Of a stretch of 64,000 nucleotides of DNA, positions 45,564-55,792 are shown piece by piece. The stretch is from Carpediemonas membranifera BICM (lineage: Eukaryota > Protista > Fornicata): positions 665,162 through 729,161 of the forward strand of contig JAHDYR010000064.1 of the NCBI GenBank assembly GCA_019828565.1, written 5' to 3'. The translations under genes were made by a program, and so were the position numbers. The notes under the pieces were generated by a model. The model worked only from the letters and a program-made list of their open reading frames with translations. It searched no databases and was not told the origin of the DNA. How positions within the stretch are numbered: position 1 is the first letter of the stretch; each line of letters opens with the position of its first letter.

Positions 45564-48500
45564 ATGACATTTAAGAACAAAGAAAAAGCGGTTCCCCCGC
45601 TATTCCGCGACCCTTCAATGAAGGCGTTGCTTGATTTTTACCTTCACCTCCAAACGTACCGTTCCCTCGGCGGTAAGGCCGATATCTCCGAACTCGTCGA
45701 TCCATCTATCGCTGACTATGTCTCGCAATGCATCGACGAGGCCGGTAACTCCGAAGACGATGATTACGTACCGTTACTGATGGCAACTACCGAGCGCCGC
45801 CGTCAAAAGCGCAACTTCAGCGATCTACGAATCCTCAAGCGCCTAGGCAGCGTACTGCGTCCCAGCAGATCCACCGCTCAGCTCGATCTTTTCCGTCTAC
45901 GCGCCAAGACCTTCGACCCCGTCGAGGTCAATAACGTCAATCGGAAGTTCAAGGCGCTCCAGCTGTTAGTCAATCCAGATGTACCTGAGGATGTGCTCAA
46001 AGAGACGTACTGCAGATGCTTCCGCGTGCAAGGATCCAACACGATCATGTACAAGGTCAAGGAGCTCGCAGAAGGCCTCGACATCCCCTCGATCATGCCG
46101 AAAGTCATGGCAATGTCACGCGACCTACAGGAGTCGCAAGAGATGGTGAACTCCTTCTCCCCCGCTGCTGCCCGTCCCAGAGCTCCACATGTTCACGAGC
46201 GCGAGCCACGCAGTGACCACCAAGATCCCTCGGAGCGCCACGACCGCCAAGGTTCGAAGCCCATAGTGAAGCCCAACCGTCAGAACAAGCCCAAGAAGCA
46301 GTACGTGTGCTACAACTGCGGTAAGCCCGGGCATCCGTCTTTCAAGTGCGCTGAGCCGAAGGCATTCTGCCCTAAGTGCCACAAGTCAGGACACCTGGCC
46401 GATTACTGCCCTACCAAGAAGGGAGTAAATCAGCGTCGGTGTGTTCATTCTGTTTCGGATTCAAAATTCGTCGCGGCCCTGAATGCCCCGAAGGAGATTT
46501 CCCCGGGTGACCTCCCTGTAGTGAACGCTCGTCTCGGCAAGCGCAAAGCCAATTCTTTACTCGACTCTGGTGCCAACTGTTCCACCATAAGCCCCAGACT
46601 AGTCGACGAGAAACGCTGCAAATGGATCTCGAGAGAACCCACGCAAATCCACACCGTCGGAGATACCCGTCAAGCAGAAGGCGAGGTAGAAGTAACCCTC
46701 AAGCTGGATCCATCTCCGTTCACTCCTCATGGTTGTACACTCACTCTCCGCGCCTACGTGATAGACACTGCGTTCGACATCATCATCGGATTTCCTCAGA
46801 TGGTAAGTCTCGGACTCTTGCCAAGCGCCATTCCCAGCTCCTCCGACCCGACTGAGGACTCTAGTGAGACCCCACCGGCCACGAAATACATCGCACAAGC
46901 CATGTCCGAGCTGTCCCAAGAGGCACGCGACCGACAGTCGTCTATACTTCGACGATACGCCTCCAACTTCAAAGAGCGTGATGCACCTAGCCTACTAGAC
47001 CCCTACGACCTGGTGATCAAGGGAAACAAGGTCGTGAACGTCCGTCCATACTTCGTGCCTCCTCCTAAGGTCCCCATCGTTAAGGAGCACGTTGACACCT
47101 TGCTTGCAAAAGGCTTCATAGAGGCCTGTCAGTCTGATTATTCTAGCCCGACGATCGTTGTCCCCAAGAAGGGTGAGAAGACGCGGTTCGTGGTCGATTT
47201 CCGGGAAATTAACTCCTTGACCGAGCCGTTTGACTATCCGATTCCTCGCATTGACGAGATCTTGGCACAATTGAGTCGCAAGAGGATCTTCGCCACTCTT
47301 GACCTTGCCGCAGGTTACCACCAAATCGCGCTAACCGAGCGTTGTCGCCACCTAACGGCCTTCCGAACTGTCTTCGGACAGTATCAGTACACTCGCATGC
47401 CGTTTGGCCTGCGGAACGCTGGGGCTTATTTCCAGCGCGCGATGGAGACTGCGTTCGAGGGTCTGGTCGGATCTTCCTGCATTATCTATATTGATTACAT
47501 TATTGTAATGGGAGACTCTGAGGCAGAGTATCTGGATAACCTAGAGCGAGTGATGGCCCGAGTCGAAAAGATGAGACTCCACCTGGGTCGGGATAAGTGC
47601 CAGTTCGGCTGTGCCGAAGTTGAATTCTTGGGGTGGATCATCCACAATGGTACGGTTCGCATTTCGCCTCAGCGTGTTGAAGATATAGCACAGTTGAAAG
47701 TCCCGAAGTCCACAAGAGGGTTCCAGGCCCTTCACGGGTTCCTGAACTACTTCCGCGATCATATCCCTTTCTTCGCCGAGCGAGTCAAGCCTATAACGGA
47801 TGCAATGTCCGGTAAGACGAGTTCTACAAGCGCTGACGTCTCCAAAGCACTAGAAGACGCGAAAGCCGCCCTCTGCTCCGCGGATGCACTCGCGATCTTC
47901 GACGCCACGCGTCCACACGTTGTTATGACTGACGCTTCCGCCGTGGGATACGGAGCGGTTCTCCTCCAAGACGGCAAGCCCGTCTGCTATCTATCGAAGG
48001 CATTTAATGATGTACAGTCGCGGTGGAGTGTTGGTGAAAAAGAGGCGCACGCCATTGTGTCCGCGCTCCAGGCCTGGCGCAAGTTCTTGTGCTGGGAGCG
48101 CTTCGAGATCAAGACCGACCACCGTAACTTGCTCTATATGTATAAGTCGGTCAACGCTAAGGTCAGGCGCTGGGCCGATTCTATCTCCGATCTCGATTTC
48201 ACTATCTCCCACGTTCCCGGCCTCGATAACGGTGCCGCTGACGGTTTGTCTAGGGTGTTTGCCATGGCCAAGAAGACAGCAACGACCGAACAGATTCACC
48301 AAGCTCACTTGTTCGCCGACGTCCACCTGTCGAGACGTCTTACGATCGAGCGCCTCCGTGGCCAAGGACTGTCAGTCTCACGCGATGCAGTTGATAGGGT
48401 CGTATCCGACTGTCCGATCTGCCAAGTCCTCGATCGGCCGCCGGTCGACCAACCCGACGGTCTCCACACAGCTGTTGACACCCCACTACAACGCGTGGCA

Positions 48501-49394
48501 ATCGACACGATGGGTCCTTTGCCGTCCTGTGACGGGTACTCGTATATTACCGTCATGGTAGATATGTGCTCTCGCTGGACTGAATTAGTCCCTGCCAAGA
48601 GCAACTCCGGAAAAGAAGCAGCCGAGGCCTTTATCAATACCTGGGTCCTAAGATATGGAGCGCCGCAAGTACTCCAGTCAGACGGCGGATCTGAGTTTCA
48701 CAATGGCCTATTCCGACGACTATCGCAAGAGGTGGGGTTCCAGCAGCATATCACCACCGCGTACCATCCTCAGGCCAATGGGATGGTGGAAAGAGCGAAC
48801 CAACAAGTCGAGAGGATCCTTAAGGCCCGTAAGTTCCAGTTAAGAAACCCCAACTGGCTCACACACCTGCCAGTCGCAAGATTCATTGCCAATTCGACGC
48901 CGAGAATCCCTACGAGGCTGTCCCCGGCCGAGATCATGCTGGGAGCCAACATCACTATCCCATCGACGCTTTATACCACGGACGCTTCCTCCGCAGGCAT
49001 CACCCAGTCCCACCGTAAGGCCGCCGAGGCTGCGGTACAGCTGGCTAAGTCCAGGATCTCAACTATGCGTGAAGAGGCGCTCGCCAGAGCGTCCTCTACC
49101 CGCTCAGAGATCCTCAGTCGCTACGTGCTCGTCAAGTACGCCAAAAGACCCCCAGATAAGCTGTCGCCGGGGTGGCGTGGCCCAATGCGAAGAGTCGAGT
49201 CAGTCAAGCGCGACGGTGTCACCGTGGGCTACATTGTACAGGACCTGTCGCAGCCGAGAGACGGCCCGTCGATCAAGGTCGACGCTGCCAGAGTCCGACG
49301 GTTCAACCCTGGCACCTTGTCCGACACTCAGATCAAGGAGCTTGCCGCAGCCGCTACCGAGGAGTGGTACGTCCTCGTTAGCCACAACCTCTAG
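45564..49394 (+). CDS. gag-pol: GF single gag-pol ORF (RT reads YIDY; chromodomain truncated)
   Basis: Two CCHC knuckles, LDSGAN, MPFGLRNA, TDASA and IN DDE; ends EEWYVLVSHNL*. Confidence 0.93.
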   Translation: MTFKNKEKAVPPLFRDPSMKALLDFYLHLQTYRSLGGKADISELVDPSIADYVSQCIDEAGNSEDDDYVPLLMATTERRRQKRNFSDLRILKRLGSVLRPSRSTAQLDLFRLRAKTFDPVEVNNVNRKFKALQLLVNPDVPEDVLKETYCRCFRVQGSNTIMYKVKELAEGLDIPSIMPKVMAMSRDLQESQEMVNSFSPAAARPRAPHVHEREPRSDHQDPSERHDRQGSKPIVKPNRQNKPKKQYVCYNCGKPGHPSFKCAEPKAFCPKCHKSGHLADYCPTKKGVNQRRCVHSVSDSKFVAALNAPKEISPGDLPVVNARLGKRKANSLLDSGANCSTISPRLVDEKRCKWISREPTQIHTVGDTRQAEGEVEVTLKLDPSPFTPHGCTLTLRAYVIDTAFDIIIGFPQMVSLGLLPSAIPSSSDPTEDSSETPPATKYIAQAMSELSQEARDRQSSILRRYASNFKERDAPSLLDPYDLVIKGNKVVNVRPYFVPPPKVPIVKEHVDTLLAKGFIEACQSDYSSPTIVVPKKGEKTRFVVDFREINSLTEPFDYPIPRIDEILAQLSRKRIFATLDLAAGYHQIALTERCRHLTAFRTVFGQYQYTRMPFGLRNAGAYFQRAMETAFEGLVGSSCIIYIDYIIVMGDSEAEYLDNLERVMARVEKMRLHLGRDKCQFGCAEVEFLGWIIHNGTVRISPQRVEDIAQLKVPKSTRGFQALHGFLNYFRDHIPFFAERVKPITDAMSGKTSSTSADVSKALEDAKAALCSADALAIFDATRPHVVMTDASAVGYGAVLLQDGKPVCYLSKAFNDVQSRWSVGEKEAHAIVSALQAWRKFLCWERFEIKTDHRNLLYMYKSVNAKVRRWADSISDLDFTISHVPGLDNGAADGLSRVFAMAKKTATTEQIHQAHLFADVHLSRRLTIERLRGQGLSVSRDAVDRVVSDCPICQVLDRPPVDQPDGLHTAVDTPLQRVAIDTMGPLPSCDGYSYITVMVDMCSRWTELVPAKSNSGKEAAEAFINTWVLRYGAPQVLQSDGGSEFHNGLFRRLSQEVGFQQHITTAYHPQANGMVERANQQVERILKARKFQLRNPNWLTHLPVARFIANSTPRIPTRLSPAEIMLGANITIPSTLYTTDASSAGITQSHRKAAEAAVQLAKSRISTMREEALARASSTRSEILSRYVLVKYAKRPPDKLSPGWRGPMRRVESVKRDGVTVGYIVQDLSQPRDGPSIKVDAARVRRFNPGTLSDTQIKELAAAATEEWYVLVSHNL

Positions 49395-50943
49395 AAAACA
49401 GCATATGATGTTGTTAATTGATGCTTTGCATACTGAATGGCGAGAGGAGCGCATACTGGAGACCAACGTCATCGCTTCCAGCGAGATAGTACACTGTCTT
49501 CCGTCGTAAGACAACAAGCAGTCTTCTTAATGTTAACGCACAAGGTTCTACAGCCTTTTACACCGTGAAGAGAACTATACGCATCGTTTGTCGACGTCAA
49601 ATGGATTGACGGCGACCCAAAAATGCGTCGACGGTGTGGCGGAGTAAGCAACCACGATGACCAGAATTGAACCTCCATCGCGAGGTCACTGGCCGAGATG
49701 ACACCCTTTGGCGCACGTAGCTGGCGTCTATTAGGACCGAAAAAGACGACCGGTGCGTGCACACCCATGTTTCGGGCAAGTCAGTACTACTGAAGGAATC
49801 GTTACCGTGTAACGCCTCAATCCATCACATTTGATGTCCAAATGGCGCGATTGATGTTGTTATTTGCATTAAGAGCTTACTCGTGGCGATCGTGTAGTTC
49901 TAGGGAGCTCCGAAAGAAGAAAGCACGAGAACTCGCCAACAAAGCCCTACTGAGGCTATTGGAGGTCTTTTTTGGACTCTATGTAAGAATAGGCGCAATC
50001 AGCGCGAGGACTTGTCCATTCCTGAGATCCGAACTCGTTATGTGCCCAAAAGTGCACATTGAAATGTTTGCGTTCTTTACGGCCGAGGTATGGCCGTGGA
50101 GGGGCAGGGAGACCTGCAGTCCCCATTCCCATAACATAGCATGCTCACACAGCGGTACCGCGACAATTTCGAATATTTTCGAATCTTCAGATTCGTTTTG
50201 ATATCCTTACCGATTATGGCCTTCTGGGTCCTGCCAAGTCCTAGGAGTGGTCCAGCCGTTGGGGTGGCACCCAACAGGGCTGTATCCAATCGACCAACAT
50301 CGGGAAATCCTCACCACTCGCCTGTGGCCGTGAAGGTGACACCTTGAGGTCATGTCAGTATAGGCTGGCATGGAGGGGCAGTGTCAGGGTCCTACCCATT
50401 GTTTACATAGTTGATATATTTATTATTGCCATATTTACCACAGCAGGGTCAAACCCTCTCTTCTTTGCTTTTACTAAAAGTTCTTCTAAGTCTTGACAGA
50501 CCACACTGGACAATGTCATCGCCAGGGCGGAGGAGATCGCCACGTCAGACGAGACGCACCCCGCACTGCAGCAGAGAGGCCTATTAGTCATCGCACCACA
50601 ACGCAGGACGAACTCCAACGCCAGACTGGCAGCCATAGCACAGGACTGGTTCGAGGCAGCGTTCCCGACCAGCTGGTGGGCCCACACGGAGATAGAGAGC
50701 CTCTTCACAGGCAAGCAGAGAGCGACGTTCATAGCCTACTGGATCCCGATCGCCACAGAGACCTCGTCCTCACAGCCGGGGGAGTCCTGCAACAGAGAGC
50801 GAGAGAACGTATCGCCGGCGGAATACAGGAGGAGCACAGGTGGCGAAGAAGCCCCAGAGAGTTCGAGACAGGCCCCAGAGATCAGATACTCGGAGCAGCA
50901 CTCATCAGGGGATCGGGAGCGGAGCACCCGAGAGCGCATAGCC

Positions 50944-51924
50944 GTGGAGACGGCAAAGTACATCAGTTTTGCAGAACGTATGATGGAGGAGGAGGAGGAA
51001 GCTGGAGAGAACAGAGACACGGTAGGAGCAAGGGCAGCAACAGCCGTTTTCCTGGGCGAGATGGCACAACGCATTAGGGACGCAGACTGGAGAGCAGAAG
51101 TCGAAGAGATCGCACAGATGGCACCTGACGACGACTATCTCCTACACTACATGATACAAGAGATCCCATTCATTGCCAAGGACACATTCCTCGTCAAGGA
51201 AGCAAATATCAGGACTGGCCTAGAGTCGATCAACCATGGTCTGGAGAGCTCACCCATCCACAGGGCTCTGATACGCGCGTGTGCAAGAATGGCCGGCAAA
51301 TGCGAGCTGACTGTGGGTCGTAAGACCGGAAAGGCATACCCGGTGACAGTCGAGCAGCTGAAGAGAGCAGCAGCCGCGGCGCGCAAGACCAAGTCACCGG
51401 CGCTCACGCAGGCAGTAGCCTTCGGACTGACGTGCTTCTCCACCGTCAGCAGATCAGGGGAGATAATGAGCTTACTCACGACCGACGTTCGGCGGGTGAG
51501 AGAGGGCTACGAGATCACTATTCGAAGATCCAAGACCAGGGATGAGCCCATGGTGAAGCTGGTCCCACTACTAGCAGCAGGAGGCTTAAGCCCAGCCAAG
51601 TGGCTGAGAGCACACCTCAACGACATCCAGACGGAAGGACCCCTGTGGAGATCCATACAGCACACCGAGAGCCTGCTGAGAGACAACTGCCTTCCACTGA
51701 CAGCAACAAGGTGGCGCAGATGGGAGATGATCATGGACGTCAACGAGGTCTTCAAGGCAACAGGACACAGCTTCAGACGTGGAGCCGTCGTCCACATGAT
51801 CGATGAAGGGCGTTCCCCATTGGTTATTCAGGCACTAGGAGGCTGGAAGTCGATCGATTCGGTGAATAGATACTGTGAAGAGGCCATTCGAATCTCACAG
51901 CATGCTCTACAGAGAAGAACATAG
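50944..51924 (+). CDS. P3 tyrosine recombinase
   Basis: R-K-HxxR-W-Y residues intact. Confidence 0.9.
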   Translation: METAKYISFAERMMEEEEEAGENRDTVGARAATAVFLGEMAQRIRDADWRAEVEEIAQMAPDDDYLLHYMIQEIPFIAKDTFLVKEANIRTGLESINHGLESSPIHRALIRACARMAGKCELTVGRKTGKAYPVTVEQLKRAAAAARKTKSPALTQAVAFGLTCFSTVSRSGEIMSLLTTDVRRVREGYEITIRRSKTRDEPMVKLVPLLAAGGLSPAKWLRAHLNDIQTEGPLWRSIQHTESLLRDNCLPLTATRWRRWEMIMDVNEVFKATGHSFRRGAVVHMIDEGRSPLVIQALGGWKSIDSVNRYCEEAIRISQHALQRRT

Positions 51925-52168
51925 AAATATAGGACATAAGAGAGCATTGTAGCGATAAAGGGAGATGAAACGGAACGAGGGGAGAAGAAACAGGCAAGAG
52001 TTAGAGAAATGGATGTTTCTCGGATTCGGAACAGGAATTACATATGCCACGTATAACCGGCACAGAAGGTCATAAGTGCAGTAGAGGAAGGCTCAGGGTA
52101 CCATCGCAAGGTTAGATGGCGGGATGCATCAATTTGGAATAGTCGATTATCGTCGACCAAATGGTCGG

Positions 52169-55100
52169 CATATCATCGATATGTAAGCTATCACGCCTCG
52201 GGCGTGGCTCACGCCCTGACACTGCTGGGTCAGGGTGTCAGAACAGGATTCCGGGTACACGAGAAAGATGGCCAAAATATTTAGAAAATCTCGAAAGATA
52301 TGATTGTGGATACGGTCTTGATCCGTCCCGATCGCGAGCAGATCGTATCCCTCCAGCAGAAACCGTGAGGATGGCCGAAGGCGACGCGGATAACGCTGAT
52401 CCGCCGCCTGTCACCATGGAGAGCCTTGCTGAGCTCATACAACAGCAGCAGAACGTCATTACGGCACTCCGTTCGGAGGTTTCATCGGTTAAGGACAGTA
52501 CACGGGACCCGAGACGCCCGTCTCGGATAGGAGCCGTTGCTAAGGAGTACGACCACCTCCGCGAGACACTTGCCGACATCAGAGGTATCCTCAACAACCC
52601 GGAGATGACGCGCGTCAACCAGATCGAAGCCGCGATCGAGGCGGTCTTCGAGCGCAGACTCGAGTTCCTACGGCTATATGACAGCCACTCCGACACCGCT
52701 GCGCGCTACTTCATGGCTATTTCGAGAGAAGAACGAGACGCGCAACGCTTCGTAGTGCTGGCCGCCAAGGCGGCCAAGGCCACCCCACCGCCTCCTCGAC
52801 CCAAGCGGTTCCAGAGAGGCTTCGGCGGCTTCAGCCGCAACTCTCCCCGCTTCAACAACAACAACCGTCGTGCCCCGGCAACCGACCTCGGACCGGGGCG
52901 GGCCCAGTAGAGGCCAGAGAAGGGTTAAGCCTGAACCCGATGACTATAAAAGGCTCGATATACTTCGAAGAGTTTGTTTGCAATGGAAAGAGAAGAAGCA
53001 CAAGAAGATCAGCAAGACACCTCCACCCAGTGTATACAGGGGCTGACGGGCTCGATGAGCCGTCGGTGGATGAGGTGGCAGGCCCTCGGGGCCAGCAGGG
53101 AGGTGGTGCAGCTGTTACGAGAGGGAGTGAAGGTCACCCCGGCAGCACCGGCGCTCAATGCGCACCTCCAGAAGGAGACAGACACGATGAAGGCTCTACT
53201 AGAGGAGCTACTGCAACAGAAAGCAATAGAGAAGGGCGAGGCGACGACAATATGCCCCCTGTTCACATTAGAGAAGAAGATCGCAGGCAGCTACCGTCTG
53301 ATACACGACCTGAGACCGGTCAATGCATACCAAGAGGACCTAACATTCAGGCTGAAGGGCCTAGCAGAGATACAGCATGGAGTTCCGAGAAACTCGTGGG
53401 GAATAACATTGGATATGAAGTCCGGGTACTACCAGCTCCTAGTGGAGGAGAACTCACGACAGGACCTCGGATTCTCGTTCGAGGGAGAACAATACAGATG
53501 GAGAGGACTCCCTTTCGGCCTCTCAACGGCGCCACGGCAGTTTCAGTCGGTTACGTCACAGATGGCGAAGATCCTGCGCTCACTTCTCGAAGGACTGATA
53601 ATATACGTGTATCTGGACGATCTGCTCATAATCAGTCGCTCGAGAGAGTCGTTGAACGCCCAGGTCCCACGGATCTTAGAGATCTTGGACTCACTTGGAG
53701 TCGTCCTATCGAGAGAGAAGTGCCACTTGACCCCGTCCCAGAGGGTAACTTTCTTGGGCGTGATAGTCGACTTGCGCGAGATGACGATGTCGCTGCCAGA
53801 GGAGAAGAGGGCTCAATACAGCAGACTCATAGCCAACCTGCAACCCAAGAGACACACAAAGCGGGACCTTCAGACCCTTCACGGAAAGCTCCTCTTCTGC
53901 CGGTTCGCACTGGGGACGCGGGCACTTGTCCGGCTCAGAGAGCTGCAGGTCAGGATCGCTGGCTGCGACGAACGAGTGCGGTACCCAAAGTCCAGCCTGC
54001 CCCAGGACCTACGAACGGATCTGCGGTGGTGGGCCAGACAGCTATCATCCGATCCGGCATGGTACTTCGGCCCAAGAGGCCAGGTACTTCGTATGGAGAC
54101 CGACGCGTCGGACTATGCGTTCGGTGCGACGCTGTTTGTCGAAGACACGTCCCTCAACATCCAGGGCAGGTTCTCAGAGGCACAATGCTCCAAGAGCATC
54201 AACGCGAAGGAGCTATGGGCAATGGAGGAAGGCCTGCGGAGATGGACGAGCGACATTCAGGAGAGGGACCTACTCATAGCCGGGGACAACACATCAGCGC
54301 TTTCATGGGTCCTGAAGTCAAGCACCAGAGCTCCCCGACACATCAGAAGGACGATTGTGGAGCTTCACGACTACTTGTTCGAGATTGGCTGCAGGATAAG
54401 AACCAAGCACATTCCAGGGAGATACAACACGACTGCCGACGGGCTGTCCAGGTACCGGAAGCTGGACTGGAACTCACCCGCGGCGATGCTCCAGAGCGCG
54501 CTGGAACGATGGGGGTCAGTAGACCGATCACTCTTCTGCGCGGAGAGATTCCTGCCGGAGGACCACGACTTCCAGACGGACGCATTTACATGCAATTGGT
54601 CAGAGATGAGGTCATTGGCGGTCCCACCAGTCAGCCTACTGGACAATGTCATCGCCAGGGCGGAGGAGATCGCCACGTCAGACGAGACGCACCCCGCACT
54701 GCAGCAGAGAGGCCTATTAGTCATCGCACCACAACGCAGGACGAACTCCAACGCCAGACTGGCAGCCATAGCACAGGACTGGTTCGAGGCAGCGTTCCCG
54801 ACCAGCTGGTGGGCCCACACGGAGATAGAGAGCCTCTTCACAGGCAAGCAGAGAGCGACGTTCATAGCCTACTGGATCCCGATCGCCACAGAGACCTCGT
54901 CCTCACAGCCGGGGGAGTCCTGCAACAGAGAGCGAGAGAACGTATCGCCGGCGGAATACAGGAGGAGCACAGGTGGCGAAGAAGCCCCAGAGAGTTCGAG
55001 ACAGGCCCCAGAGATCAGATACTCGGAGCAGCACTCATCAGGGATCGGGAGCGGAGCACCCGAGAGCGCATAGCCGTGGAGACGGCAAAGTACATCAGTT

Positions 55101-55705
55101 TTGCAGAACGTATGATGGAGGAGGAGGAGGAAGCTGGAGAGAACAGAGACACGGTAGGAGCAAGGGCAGCAACAGCCGTTTTCCTGGGCGAGATGGCACA
55201 ACGCATTAGGGACGCAGACTGGAGAGCAGAAGTCGAAGAGATCGCACAGATGGCACCTGACGACGACTATCTCCTACACTACATGATACAAGAGATCCCA
55301 TTCATTGCCAAGGACACATTCCTCGTCAAGGAAGCAAATATCAGGACTGGCCTAGAGTCGATCAACCATGGTCTGGAGAGCTCACCCATCCACAGGGCTC
55401 TGATACGCGCGTGTGCAAGAATGGCCGGCAAATGCGAGCTGACTGTGGGTCGTAAGACCGGAAAGGCATACCCGGTGACAGTCGAGCAGCTGAAGAGAGC
55501 AGCAGCCGCGGCGCGCAAGACCAAGTCACCGGCGCTCACGCAGGCAGTAGCCTTCGGACTGACGTGCTTCTCCACCGTCAGCAGATCAGGGGAGATAATG
55601 AGCTTACTCACGACCGACGTTCGGCGGGTGAGAGAGGGCTACGAGATCACTATTCGAAGATCCAAGACCAGGGATGAGCCCATGGTGAAGCTGGTCCCAC
55701 TACTA
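52169..55705 (+). mobile_element. P3 copy 2 (tandem, lacks GF), truncated within YR by the LINE
   Basis: Near-identical to copy 1. RT/RH/MT ORF 52974-55073 is overlapped by ORF 52940-55777, which runs into YR. Identity ends at ...ccactacta 55705. Confidence 0.94.
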
Positions 55706-55792
55706 AAGGCCCGGCTACTCAGAAAAGGGCGACGCATTTTTAGGACCGCGCCTTTTTTGAAAGAATGGCCTATATAGTACGGAGCATGGACA

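Larger units (their letters stand above)
45418..50505 (+). mobile_element. Gypsy GF with 124-bp LTRs
   Basis: Identical LTRs at 45418-45541 and 50382-50505, CTGG TSD (empty site visible at ~54639), PPT ggaggggcag. Confidence 0.96.
42944..52168 (+). mobile_element. YR retrotransposon P3 copy 1, interrupted by Gypsy GF
   Basis: Gag-like 43146-43685, RT/RH/MT-like 43749-45417 resuming at 50510, YR 50944-51924 (SRSGE, SK, HSFRRG, GW, RY). Confidence 0.93.
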
